Notes under the pieces: model-generated
The model's database searches: none
Told to the model about the DNA's origin: nothing
Seen by the model: the letters and a program-made list of their open reading frames with translations, nothing else
Shown here: one piece after another, positions 36,658 to 45,845 of the stretch
How the letters are laid out: each line of letters opens with the position of its first letter
How positions within the stretch are numbered: position 1 is the first letter of the stretch
Translations under genes and position numbers: made by a program
From: Promethearchaeia archaeon
GTDB taxonomy: Archaea; Asgardarchaeota; Lokiarchaeia; Sigyniarchaeales; SOKP01
Length of the DNA: 64,000 nucleotides
NCBI GenBank assembly: GCA_029856145.1
Contig: JAHQWK010000001.1
Location: 465,731-529,730 of the forward strand
Direction of reading: 5' to 3'

Positions 36658-37581
36658 TTAATCGGCCATATTAGCATAATTTTGTAAATCCTTGACACGC
36701 ATTCTCAGAGTAACTTCAGTAACCCTAGCTAATTTTGAAATTTCTTTTTGAGTTCGGTTCTCATTACAAATTTTCGAACCAATATAAATAGCTGCTGCTG
36801 CTATCCCTTTAGGATCCTTTCCCGCCGAATTAAATCCACTTTCCCTAGCTTTTTCAATAATTTTAACAGCTATATTTCGACATTTCATAGATAGCTTTAA
36901 TTCTTCATTAAATTTATCTACATAACGCTCACTAGAAAAGTGAGTCACTTTCAAACCTAATTTCGGCAATACTTCCATCAAAATTAAACGATAACTTTTG
37001 ATCACTTTTTTTTTAGGAATTTGTGCAACTTTTGTAATCTCTTCGGCAGTTCTGGGTATTCCATGGACTCGTAAAGCCGCAAAAATCGAAGCTGATAATA
37101 GGGTATCAATACTACGACCCATTGTTAATTTCTTTTTTACTGTTTGAGTATAAATCCGAAGTGCATCCTCTGCAACCGCATCAGGAATTCCTAATCTCTT
37201 TTGTAAACGCTGTAAATTTGGTAAAGCAATCCATAAATTTCTTTCATAGCTAGTTGTTAGTGATCTATGTATTTTAGCTAATCTATTGAACTTTGACTTA
37301 TATTTTGGACTTAATAACGTACCTCTGGCATCTCTAGAACCTCTAATAATGGTTCTTGGGCCAATAGGACTGTATACTCTCTCGTTACTTTTTCTTTTTT
37401 GGATTTCTTCTTGAGTAAAAGCTCTCCGAGGACTATCATCAAGAATACGAGAATATACAAATCCGCAATTTAAACACACATACCAGCCATCCTCTTCCGA
37501 AATTTTTGGGCTGTCACAGCAAGGGGGTCCTTCTTCGGTGCCATCTTCAAAAAAATCATCATCTTCAAAATGTGCTGGCAT
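36658..37581 (-). CDS. tfb: Transcription initiation factor B (TFB/TFIIB family)
   Basis: N-terminal zinc-ribbon region CCDSPKISEEDGWYVCLNCG (37465..37521), B-reader/linker, and two cyclin-fold repeats (ALPNLQRL....AEDALRIY; CRNIAVKIIEKA....AAAAIYIGS). 307 aa. Confidence 0.9.
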   Translation of the reverse strand: MPAHFEDDDFFEDGTEEGPPCCDSPKISEEDGWYVCLNCGFVYSRILDDSPRRAFTQEEIQKRKSNERVYSPIGPRTIIRGSRDARGTLLSPKYKSKFNRLAKIHRSLTTSYERNLWIALPNLQRLQKRLGIPDAVAEDALRIYTQTVKKKLTMGRSIDTLLSASIFAALRVHGIPRTAEEITKVAQIPKKKVIKSYRLILMEVLPKLGLKVTHFSSERYVDKFNEELKLSMKCRNIAVKIIEKARESGFNSAGKDPKGIAAAAIYIGSKICNENRTQKEISKLARVTEVTLRMRVKDLQNYANMAD

Positions 37582-37781
37582 AGTTTTTAAAATGCAAAAG
37601 GACGGTAATTGAATTTTTAATTTTTTTCCTTAGAAATACATAAATTAAAAAATATATAAGTGTAATCTATTTCAAATTAACTTGTGAAAATTTATATCTT
37701 TATCTTTTTAACTAGTATAGTAATAAATAATAATAAAAATTAAATCAACCTATTAATAATAAAGAAAAATCGTTATTTGTA

Positions 37782-39020
37782 ATGTCTACTGAAGTCTCTA
37801 GCTTGATAAAAGTCATCTCTAAATTTTTAGACCCGAAATCTGCTAAAGTTAGTAAATTAAAAGAAATTGATGACATTTTAAAATTACATATTGATTCTTA
37901 TAAATTTATTGATAAAGAAGAATTCACAATCATTAAGCAATTATTGGACATCACGACCATTGGAGATGCCTCAAAGTTAAATAAAGATGACCCGTTTGGG
38001 AGTCTTATTGAAATTGAAGAAACGGATGATTCTATAGAATTAGCAATAGACTTGCAGAAAAAAATTGAGGAATTAAAAGAAAAATACCCTTTTCTTGAAA
38101 CTAAATTAAAGAAAACAGGCACAATTAGTTCACTTATTGCGAGTATTAAAGAGGAAAAAGAAGGAATAGAGATTAAAGGTCAAAAAGTTCTTGTATGTGG
38201 TTTAGACGCAGCTGGGAAAACATCATTGTTATCCAAATTTGGAGGACGTTTAGGAATAAGTGATATGATCGCAACACATCCAACAAAAGGAGTGGTACGA
38301 ATGAAATTTGGCACTAGCAATTTGAATCTATTTATATGGGATTTGGGTGGTCAAGAGGAATATAGAGAAAGATATTTAAATAATCCAGAGCAATATTTTG
38401 TCCAATTGGATTTATTAATGTTTGTAATTGATGTACAGGATCCTGATAGATTTGAAGAATCTCTTCAATATTTTGATAAGATAATAGATTCAATAATCTT
38501 GTTAGAGGAAACTCCCTATATATTAATATTCATTCATAAGTATGATCCTGATCTGAAAAATGACCCAAAAATACTCTTAAATGTTGAACTTTTAAAGGAT
38601 AACTTAAATGAACTTTTAAAAAGTAAAACGAGCGAATTTGAGCTTGAGATCTATTTAACATCAATATATTCTCTTATTTCTCGTGAACCTCAGTTTGCTA
38701 AATATATAAAGAATTTGATGAGTGCAAGTTCTTCTCTAACTGATCCGACAGTACGAAAAGTGGAGGGTCTTGGAAAGACTTTAGAAGAAACTTTGAATGC
38801 TGTAATTCGTTTATCAGAAAGTATTTCTATGCAACTCAGCGATCTTGATAATCGACTTCGAGCAATAGAGTCAGGAGCGTTTCAAGTTGCTCAAAGTGGT
38901 ATTCCAATTGAAATTGCTAATCCCAATCAGCCAACCGCAAGGCGTCAAGAAAATGTACGTTTAAATGTCCTTAATGAGTTAAAAGATTTATTTAGCAAGA
39001 GGAAAAGTCTAGACCTTTAA
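37782..39020 (+). CDS. Arf/Sar/Arl-type small GTPase with a 134-aa N-terminal and a ~105-aa C-terminal coiled-coil extension
   Basis: G1 GLDAAGKTS (38199..38225; the eukaryotic Arf consensus is GLDAAGKTT). G3 WDLGGQ (38337..38354; Arf is WDVGGQ). G4 is HKYD (38535..38546) instead of NKxD. Confidence 0.85.
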   Translation: MSTEVSSLIKVISKFLDPKSAKVSKLKEIDDILKLHIDSYKFIDKEEFTIIKQLLDITTIGDASKLNKDDPFGSLIEIEETDDSIELAIDLQKKIEELKEKYPFLETKLKKTGTISSLIASIKEEKEGIEIKGQKVLVCGLDAAGKTSLLSKFGGRLGISDMIATHPTKGVVRMKFGTSNLNLFIWDLGGQEEYRERYLNNPEQYFVQLDLLMFVIDVQDPDRFEESLQYFDKIIDSIILLEETPYILIFIHKYDPDLKNDPKILLNVELLKDNLNELLKSKTSEFELEIYLTSIYSLISREPQFAKYIKNLMSASSSLTDPTVRKVEGLGKTLEETLNAVIRLSESISMQLSDLDNRLRAIESGAFQVAQSGIPIEIANPNQPTARRQENVRLNVLNELKDLFSKRKSLDL

Positions 39021-39029
39021 ATCTTTAGC

Positions 39030-39749
39030 CTATTCTTTTTTAAAAGATTTCATAATCTTCTTATAGAATGTTAACAAAAAAATAGCAAAAAATATACTAA
39101 TCGAGAGTAATAGATACCCTATATTACTAATCAACATTGTATTAATTTCTTGATATTGAATTTCATATGCTACAAACTGTTCTAAGTAGGTTAGCATTTT
39201 ATATATTAGTGGACCGGTTAAATAGAGCGTTATTAAAAATCCTATTATACCAAAAATGCAACCAAATATGACATCTGTAGGGTAATGCACACCAAGCTGA
39301 ATTCTTGAAAATGAAACCATAATCACAAGTAAAAATAGTAAAATACAAATAATTGGTGATTTCGTAAAAAACAAACCAAATAATAAACCTTGTGCCATAA
39401 CATTATACGAATGCCACGACGGAAAACTTCTCGAAGTAGGTTTTCGTTCAAAAACAATTATTTCACCTTCTTCAAATCTTTCAAATGGCCTTTTTCTTTT
39501 TACTGTTTGTTTTATCACTAATATTAGAATTAATCCAGTAAGAAATGTAGCGGAGATATAGGCTAATAAAAAAGGATCATACCAAATAAATAAATAAAAA
39601 GCAATTAAGAAAAGCCATAAAGTTTCTCTTCCAAAAAAAGAAATAAATCTTAAAATGATTGTGAATGGTTTACCCCCTAAACCATTGTATTTCATAATAA
39701 TTCTTTGGTCCCATTGGTCAATTCTATTTGAAAATTCTTTGAAATCCAT
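39030..39749 (-). CDS. PAP2-superfamily (type 2 phosphatidic acid / polyprenyl-diphosphate) phosphatase
   Basis: Three PAP2 motifs: KRKRPF (KxxxxxxRP), SFPSWHS (PSGH) and SRIQLGVHYPTDV (SRxxxxxHxxxD). Six TM helices. Confidence 0.85.
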   Translation of the reverse strand: MDFKEFSNRIDQWDQRIIMKYNGLGGKPFTIILRFISFFGRETLWLFLIAFYLFIWYDPFLLAYISATFLTGLILILVIKQTVKRKRPFERFEEGEIIVFERKPTSRSFPSWHSYNVMAQGLLFGLFFTKSPIICILLFLLVIMVSFSRIQLGVHYPTDVIFGCIFGIIGFLITLYLTGPLIYKMLTYLEQFVAYEIQYQEINTMLISNIGYLLLSISIFFAIFLLTFYKKIMKSFKKE

Positions 39750-39772
39750 AATAGTTTGTATGTCTTGGTTTT

Positions 39773-40567
39773 TTAATGTGGATTTAATAACTTATAAGCT
39801 TCAATCACTTTAGGGATTTGATCTTTAAAATAGTCTAATGAATGTGAATCAGATCCAACAAAAAATTCTACTCCTTCTTTCCTTAACTGCTTCATAACAC
39901 TCATGGATGGAAATGATCTATTTATTGGAAATCGCAATCCAGATAAATTTAATTCTACTTTTATTTTGTTTTTTATACATAGGCGACCTAAATCTATTAC
40001 TCGATTATCAGATACATCACAATCATCTGTAGGTATGCAATCATTATTATTAATATAACGAAAGATAGTATCAATATGACAGATATTTTTAAAAATTTGC
40101 GAGTTAATCATTTTTGTACTTAATTCAAAATAATTATCTATAATCTGTTTCATTGGAATTTTTTCTAACAATTTTGTTAACCCCTCTCTTGTTGTAATGG
40201 GATATCCAATTATCCATTCGTGAATAGATCCTCCAATAAAATCAAATTCTTTCCCATAATCATCCATAAATTCAATTAATTGAATCTCTTTACTCTCATA
40301 GTATTCAATTTCTAAGCCACTGAGTATGAAATCATATGTTTCTTTATATATATCGATCTCTTCAAGATAATCATTAACTCTTCCATTATAAAAGGGATTA
40401 GTCTTGTCATTTTCCACATAATAAAGTTCATAATGGTCAAGAAAACAGACATTAATTTGGTGTTCTTCAGCAACTTTTATATAATCTTCAAAAGTAGGAC
40501 CGTCTTGTGCCACATCTCCGCTCCAATTTCTAGTATGAACATGAAAATCTGTAAATTTAAACTTCAT
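39773..40567 (-). CDS. PHP-domain phosphoesterase (HisJ-family histidinol-phosphatase-like)
   Basis: N-terminal DFHVHT, internal GGSIHE, ICHIDT and GSDSHS metal-ligand motifs typical of the PHP/HisJ family. Confidence 0.72.
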   Translation of the reverse strand: MKFKFTDFHVHTRNWSGDVAQDGPTFEDYIKVAEEHQINVCFLDHYELYYVENDKTNPFYNGRVNDYLEEIDIYKETYDFILSGLEIEYYESKEIQLIEFMDDYGKEFDFIGGSIHEWIIGYPITTREGLTKLLEKIPMKQIIDNYFELSTKMINSQIFKNICHIDTIFRYINNNDCIPTDDCDVSDNRVIDLGRLCIKNKIKVELNLSGLRFPINRSFPSMSVMKQLRKEGVEFFVGSDSHSLDYFKDQIPKVIEAYKLLNPH

Positions 40568-40616
40568 AAAATAACAAGATTGATAATTAAAGAAGAAAAA
40601 TAAAAATTTGGATTAA

Positions 40617-42521
40617 TCAACTAATTGAATCTTCTTTATCAAAAAAAACTCTGTAAAACAGTTCTTTTTCACCTATATCTGGCGGAGTTATCTTAGTATA
40701 GCCTCCCTTATGAATAACACGAATTGTTTCTTTATTTTGAATGTGTATATTTCCATAGAATCCCTTTATACCTTTTTCCTTAGCAACAATAATTATATGT
40801 TGATATAGAAATGTACCAATACCCTTTCCTCGATAATCTTCCCTAACTAAAAAGCTATATTCCGCCATATTCATTTGAGGGTTTAAATAATATGTAGCAC
40901 TTCCTATCATTTCTTCTTTTCCAATTTCCCCAATAAATGCTCCTAGTGAAAAAACATTATGATAATCAATATTAACTTCACTCTGAGTTTTTGAATGTGT
41001 GAATTCTTTTCTAAGCTCAAAAAATCGTAAATATCTATCTCTTTCATTTAATGAATAATACAATTCTTTAAGGACTTGTTCATCTGTAGTTTTAACAGGT
41101 CGAATATTAATTTTTTCTCTATCTCTTGTTGTATAAATGGTTTCGTATTCTGAAGGATATAAACAAATTCGACCATCATCATCACAAGGAAGCATCTGAT
41201 CAGAAAATATATAATTCAATTTTTTAGCTTCGTCTAATAATGATTGTCGGAATTTTGGGTGAGCTATACAAATCAACTCAAGCACTCTTTCACGAATAGT
41301 TTTACCATGAAGGTATGCCACACCCCATTCAGTCACAATATAATGAACATCACCACGAGATAACAATATTCCTGCTCCTTCATCTAGATGAGGCACAATT
41401 CGTGATTTTTCACCATCTCTAGATGTTGAAGGTATTATTATAATGGGTTTTCCTCCTTTAGAAAATGCTGCACCCCTCATAAAATCAATAGTTTCACCTA
41501 ATCCCGAATAAAAACTGTAACCCTCAGTAGCAGCATTTACTTGTCCAGTCAAATCAATTTGTCTAGCAGAATTGACAGAGACCATTTTTTTATTCATTCC
41601 AATGTATCTAGGATTACATACATAATCAGATGGAAAAAATTCTATATAGGGATTATTGTCTACAAAATCATATAATTTTTTTGTTCCTAAAGCAAAACTA
41701 GTAAGAATTTTTTCAGGATGGAAATTCTTTTTTCTACAAGTCAATACTCCGTTTTCAATGAGTGGTATTACATTGTCTGTAATATAATGAGAATGCATTC
41801 CAAGATCTCTTTTATCCTTTAGAAATTTTAAGCTTGCATTTGGTAAGTCACCAAAACCTATATGAATCGTAGATTTATTTTCTATTATGTTTGCAAGATT
41901 TTTTCCGATTCTTTCAGCTATTTCATCAGGCTCATCAAAAATAAATTCTAATAACGGTGTGTCATTAAAGACAAAAAAATCAATTTCTTTCATATGTATG
42001 AAACTATTTCCTAAAGTTCGCGGCATTTGTGGGTTAATTTCAACAATAGTGATATAGGATGATTGAGCTATTGGCTTCGCAATATCTACATTAATCCCTA
42101 AAGAGCAAAAACCATAGGGATCTGGGGGAGAAACTTGTATAAGGGCAACATCGATATGTTTCTTACCAGTTAGAAATAAAGATGGAATTTCACTAGTAAA
42201 AATAGGTGTATAGTCTGCTTGACCTTTGTTAATTTCCTCTCTAAGAGTTTTTCCAATAAAAAATGCATTATGTCTAAAGAGATCCTCTGCCTTATCCTTA
42301 AAATATTTTTCTGGACCTATAGTTAAGAAGTGAAGTATTTCAGTATCAATTAATTTCTCTGAGTGTTTAATCAATTCTGATGTTAGTAACTGTGGCTCTG
42401 AACATCCAGAATCAATAAAAACTCTATTTCCAGGAATTATTTTTTTAATTGCTTCCTCTGCTGTTATTTCCTTATCTTTCCATTTTTCTCTCCAGTCTTC
42501 TTTCATAATATTAGATTTCAC
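40617..42521 (-). CDS. Fusion protein: acetyl-CoA hydrolase/transferase-family domain (aa 1 to ~470) plus a C-terminal Pat-type GNAT acetyltransferase (aa 471-634)
   Basis: The N-terminal part has CoA-transferase family I-like blocks (GNRVFIDSGCSEPQ, GINVD, SVNSARQIDLTGQV, GLGETIDFMRGA). The C-terminal part (40620..41111) has INIRPVKTTDE...RYLRFF...IDYHN...AEYSFLVREDYRGKGIG, the pattern of the GNAT domain of bacterial Pat/YfiQ. Confidence 0.82.
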   Translation of the reverse strand: MKSNIMKEDWREKWKDKEITAEEAIKKIIPGNRVFIDSGCSEPQLLTSELIKHSEKLIDTEILHFLTIGPEKYFKDKAEDLFRHNAFFIGKTLREEINKGQADYTPIFTSEIPSLFLTGKKHIDVALIQVSPPDPYGFCSLGINVDIAKPIAQSSYITIVEINPQMPRTLGNSFIHMKEIDFFVFNDTPLLEFIFDEPDEIAERIGKNLANIIENKSTIHIGFGDLPNASLKFLKDKRDLGMHSHYITDNVIPLIENGVLTCRKKNFHPEKILTSFALGTKKLYDFVDNNPYIEFFPSDYVCNPRYIGMNKKMVSVNSARQIDLTGQVNAATEGYSFYSGLGETIDFMRGAAFSKGGKPIIIIPSTSRDGEKSRIVPHLDEGAGILLSRGDVHYIVTEWGVAYLHGKTIRERVLELICIAHPKFRQSLLDEAKKLNYIFSDQMLPCDDDGRICLYPSEYETIYTTRDREKINIRPVKTTDEQVLKELYYSLNERDRYLRFFELRKEFTHSKTQSEVNIDYHNVFSLGAFIGEIGKEEMIGSATYYLNPQMNMAEYSFLVREDYRGKGIGTFLYQHIIIVAKEKGIKGFYGNIHIQNKETIRVIHKGGYTKITPPDIGEKELFYRVFFDKEDSIS

Positions 42522-42798
42522 CTTTTATTCTAGTTTAATTTAATTCTTTAAAATATAAATATAATCTCCAGTCTCTTTATTAATTGTATTATCATCAATA
42601 TAATGTTTTTGAAATTATAAATAAAATGTTTAAATTCAATTCTATATATCTCTCAATTGATTCAAATCTGTCCATTTAAATCTAAAAGGTTTAAATGTGA
42701 TGTGTATAAAAAAAAATCTTTAAAATGGTTAAAGAATTTATTAAAATTAGAATTCTAAATAATATAAATTGACTGAAAATTTGTTTAAGTGAAGAATT

Positions 42799-44781
42799 AT
42801 GTCAGAAGAAGATAAGAAAATGGAAAGTATTCTAACAGAGACTCGTAAATTCGACCCAGTTAAACTAAACGAGAAGTTTGCGAAAACTGGCATGTCTTTT
42901 GAAGAATATAAGAATCTATATAAGCAATCAATAGAAGATATGGAAGGTTTCTGGGGAGAACAAGCTAAATCTCTTGATTGGTTCAAACCCTATGAAAAAG
43001 TTTGGGAAAAAACCGATCTATTTCCTGGTAAGTGGTTTATTGGCGGTAAACTTAACGTTGCTTACAATTGCCTTGATAGGCATGTAAAAAATGGAAAAGG
43101 TGATCAAGCAGCTCTTATTTGGGAAGCTGATGAGCCCGGACAGATTAAATCTTATACTTATAAAGAATTACTTGCTGAAGTAAGTAAAACTGCAAATGCT
43201 ATGAAAAAAGTTGGATTAAAAAAAGGCGATAGAGTCACAATTTGGCTTCCTATGATTCCTGAATTGGCAATTATTATGTTAGCATGCGCTCGAATTGGCG
43301 TTATTCATTCAATTGTTTTTGGTGGCTTTTCTAAAGAAGCAGTAAAAGATAGAATTGAGGATTCTGATTCTCGATTACTCTTCACAAGTGATGAAACAGC
43401 ACGTGCGGGTAAATTTTACCCCAAAATAGCTGATGTAGTCCAGATCATTAATGATGTACCAACGATTGAGCATGTCATTGTTGTAAAGCGAACTGGAAGA
43501 GACGTACCTCATACTGAAAAAGATATCTGGTATCACGACTTCATTGAAGGAATGAGTGAGGAATGTGAGCCTGAAATGATGGACTCTGAAGATACACTAT
43601 TCATTCTTTATACAAGTGGAACTACTGGAAAACCCAAGGGCGTTAATCATACTACAGCAGGCTATATATTATTTACATCTATTACCCATAAAATCGTATT
43701 TAATTACCATGAAGGTGATATCTGGTATTGTACTGCAGATATTGGTTGGATTACAGGTCATTCTTATATTGTATATGGACCTTTAGCTAATGGTGCTACT
43801 TCATTAATGTTTGAGGGAGTTCCAACTTATCCTGATGTTGATCGTTTCTGGGATATTGTAGAACGTCATAAAGTGACTCATTTCTATACAGCTCCTACTG
43901 CAATTCGTGCTATAATGAGATATGGTGATGATCATGTTAACAAGCATGATCTTAGTTCATTAAAAGTCCTAGGTACTGTTGGAGAACCTATAAATCCCGA
44001 AGCATGGACATGGTATCATAGAGTTGTTGGAAAAGAGAAATGTCCTATAGTTGATACTTACTGGCAAACTGAAACCGGGGGGTTTATTATGACCCCAATC
44101 GCTACAGCAACACCCACAAAACCTGGGTCTTGTTGTCTACCATTTTTAGGTATTAAACCAATCATTTTCGATTTAGAAGGGGATGAAATTACAGAACCAA
44201 ACGAAGGTGGATACTTTGCAATTGCTCAAAGTTGGCCGGGTATGTTACGTGATGTTTGGGGTGATACTGAGAGATTTAAATCAACTTATCTCGAAAAATA
44301 TCCAGGATATTATTATACTGGTGATGGAGCACGACGAGATGAAGATGGTTATTATTGGATTTTAGGTAGACTTGATGATGTTATTAAAGTATCTGGACAT
44401 AGAATAGGAACCATGGAAGTAGAATCTGCTCTTGTAAGTCATCCAAAAGTAGCTGAAGCAGCAATTGCCCCATTTCCCCATAAAATTAAAGGGCAGGCAA
44501 TATGGGCGTATGTTACTTTAATGCAAGGAGTTGAAAAATCTGCTAAATTATCCAAAGAAATTAGAATGCATGTTAGACAAGAAATTGGGCCTGTATTTCA
44601 ACCAGACGTTATTCAATTTGCTGATGCCTTGCCTAAGACGAGAAGTGGTAAGATAATGAGAAGAATATTAAAAGCTATTGCCGCTGGCACGAATATTGGA
44701 AATGTTACAACATTAGCTGATCCCTCTGTAGTAGATGCTTTACTTGAAGAACGTAAAAAGATGGATGTTGAAATAGGTTAA
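42799..44781 (+). CDS. acs: Acetyl-CoA synthetase (AMP-forming)
   Basis: YTSGTTGKPKG (A3), WWQTETGG-like YWQTETGG, YYTGDGARRDEDGYYWILGRLDDVIKVSGHRIG, and C-terminal A10 motif PKTRSGKIMRR. The regulatory/catalytic Lys (K618) is at 44650..44652. Confidence 0.97.
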   Translation: MSEEDKKMESILTETRKFDPVKLNEKFAKTGMSFEEYKNLYKQSIEDMEGFWGEQAKSLDWFKPYEKVWEKTDLFPGKWFIGGKLNVAYNCLDRHVKNGKGDQAALIWEADEPGQIKSYTYKELLAEVSKTANAMKKVGLKKGDRVTIWLPMIPELAIIMLACARIGVIHSIVFGGFSKEAVKDRIEDSDSRLLFTSDETARAGKFYPKIADVVQIINDVPTIEHVIVVKRTGRDVPHTEKDIWYHDFIEGMSEECEPEMMDSEDTLFILYTSGTTGKPKGVNHTTAGYILFTSITHKIVFNYHEGDIWYCTADIGWITGHSYIVYGPLANGATSLMFEGVPTYPDVDRFWDIVERHKVTHFYTAPTAIRAIMRYGDDHVNKHDLSSLKVLGTVGEPINPEAWTWYHRVVGKEKCPIVDTYWQTETGGFIMTPIATATPTKPGSCCLPFLGIKPIIFDLEGDEITEPNEGGYFAIAQSWPGMLRDVWGDTERFKSTYLEKYPGYYYTGDGARRDEDGYYWILGRLDDVIKVSGHRIGTMEVESALVSHPKVAEAAIAPFPHKIKGQAIWAYVTLMQGVEKSAKLSKEIRMHVRQEIGPVFQPDVIQFADALPKTRSGKIMRRILKAIAAGTNIGNVTTLADPSVVDALLEERKKMDVEIG

Positions 44782-44787
44782 ATTATA

Positions 44788-44809
44788 TTTTTATTTTATA
44801 TTTTTTTTT
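44788..44809 (+). terminator. Oligo-T tracts (T5 ... T9) after the acs stop
   Basis: atatTTTTTattttataTTTTTTTTTaa starts 7 nt after the TAA at 44779..44781. Confidence 0.45.
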
Positions 44810-44834
44810 AATTTTTAAAAAATCCAATTTTTCC

Positions 44835-45677
44835 TCAACCTTTTGCAAAAGTACCTATTATGTATAGTAAATCTAATTCCTTATTAATATCTTTTCCCAA
44901 TATCATCTTTACACTGGCTCTATTTTCTAGTTCAGTTAAATTGAACAATTCAAAAATCCTTTTTGGGAAGTATTGATGTTTAGCAATAATCATATGATCA
45001 GCTTCTAATGCAATACTCTTATTAATTATCTGTGATGCTGCATCTAAATTCGTGGCAATTAATGGGCCTAACCGCTTATTCGCCACTAATCCATATCCTT
45101 CATTTTCAATAATTAAAATCCTAGCACCCAATTTAATTCTCATGGTTAAATAATTAGTTCTATTAAATCCCATTGCTTTCTTATCTAGAGCTAACACCCA
45201 GTCCGGAACTGTATTTAAAACCTTTACCTCTTTATTTGCAATTCCTAATTTTGGAGGTTGTATTGGTAAATGATACATCACCCCATAAAATCTTCTTTTA
45301 AAACCAAATTTTTTATAGATGGGTTCTCCTAATTTGGAAGCATAAAGTATCATTGTCTCGCAATTCATTTTATTTGCAATTCCTACTAAATTTCTAAAAA
45401 TTTCTGTGCCTACTCCTCTTCCTCTGTATTCTTTCAACACAACCATATATCCAAAACTACTAACTTTTTCAAATATAAAAACCCCACCCACACCAATAAT
45501 CTTTCCTTTCTCTTCAGAAATAAGGAATTTTCCAATTTTCCATTTTATTAAAGCCTTCCATATTTTTTCTTCTTCTTGAATACTCGCTGGAGGAGCTCTA
45601 CCAAAAGCAGAATAGAGTACATTTATACATTTGGAAATTTCTTCGTCTGCTGGTTCTCTAATAGTATATTTAAACAT
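44835..45677 (-). CDS. GNAT-family N-acetyltransferase with a C-terminal accessory domain
   Basis: Motif A VVLKEYRGRGVGTEIF (R/Q-x-x-G-x-G/A) in the first ~150 aa, then a ~130-aa second domain. Confidence 0.78.
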   Translation of the reverse strand: MFKYTIREPADEEISKCINVLYSAFGRAPPASIQEEEKIWKALIKWKIGKFLISEEKGKIIGVGGVFIFEKVSSFGYMVVLKEYRGRGVGTEIFRNLVGIANKMNCETMILYASKLGEPIYKKFGFKRRFYGVMYHLPIQPPKLGIANKEVKVLNTVPDWVLALDKKAMGFNRTNYLTMRIKLGARILIIENEGYGLVANKRLGPLIATNLDAASQIINKSIALEADHMIIAKHQYFPKRIFELFNLTELENRASVKMILGKDINKELDLLYIIGTFAKG

Positions 45678-45845
45678 AAAATTTATTTTAAAGCGTTTTT
45701 CTTAAAAGAATAAAAATAAATAAATCAATTTATTTTTAATACTTCAAAGAATTATTTGTTTTCTGTACTTTATATTTATTTTAAGTATTTTGAGGTTTTA
45801 CAATTGAGTTTTGACAATGATCAGTTAGTTGAAAAGATAAAGTCG

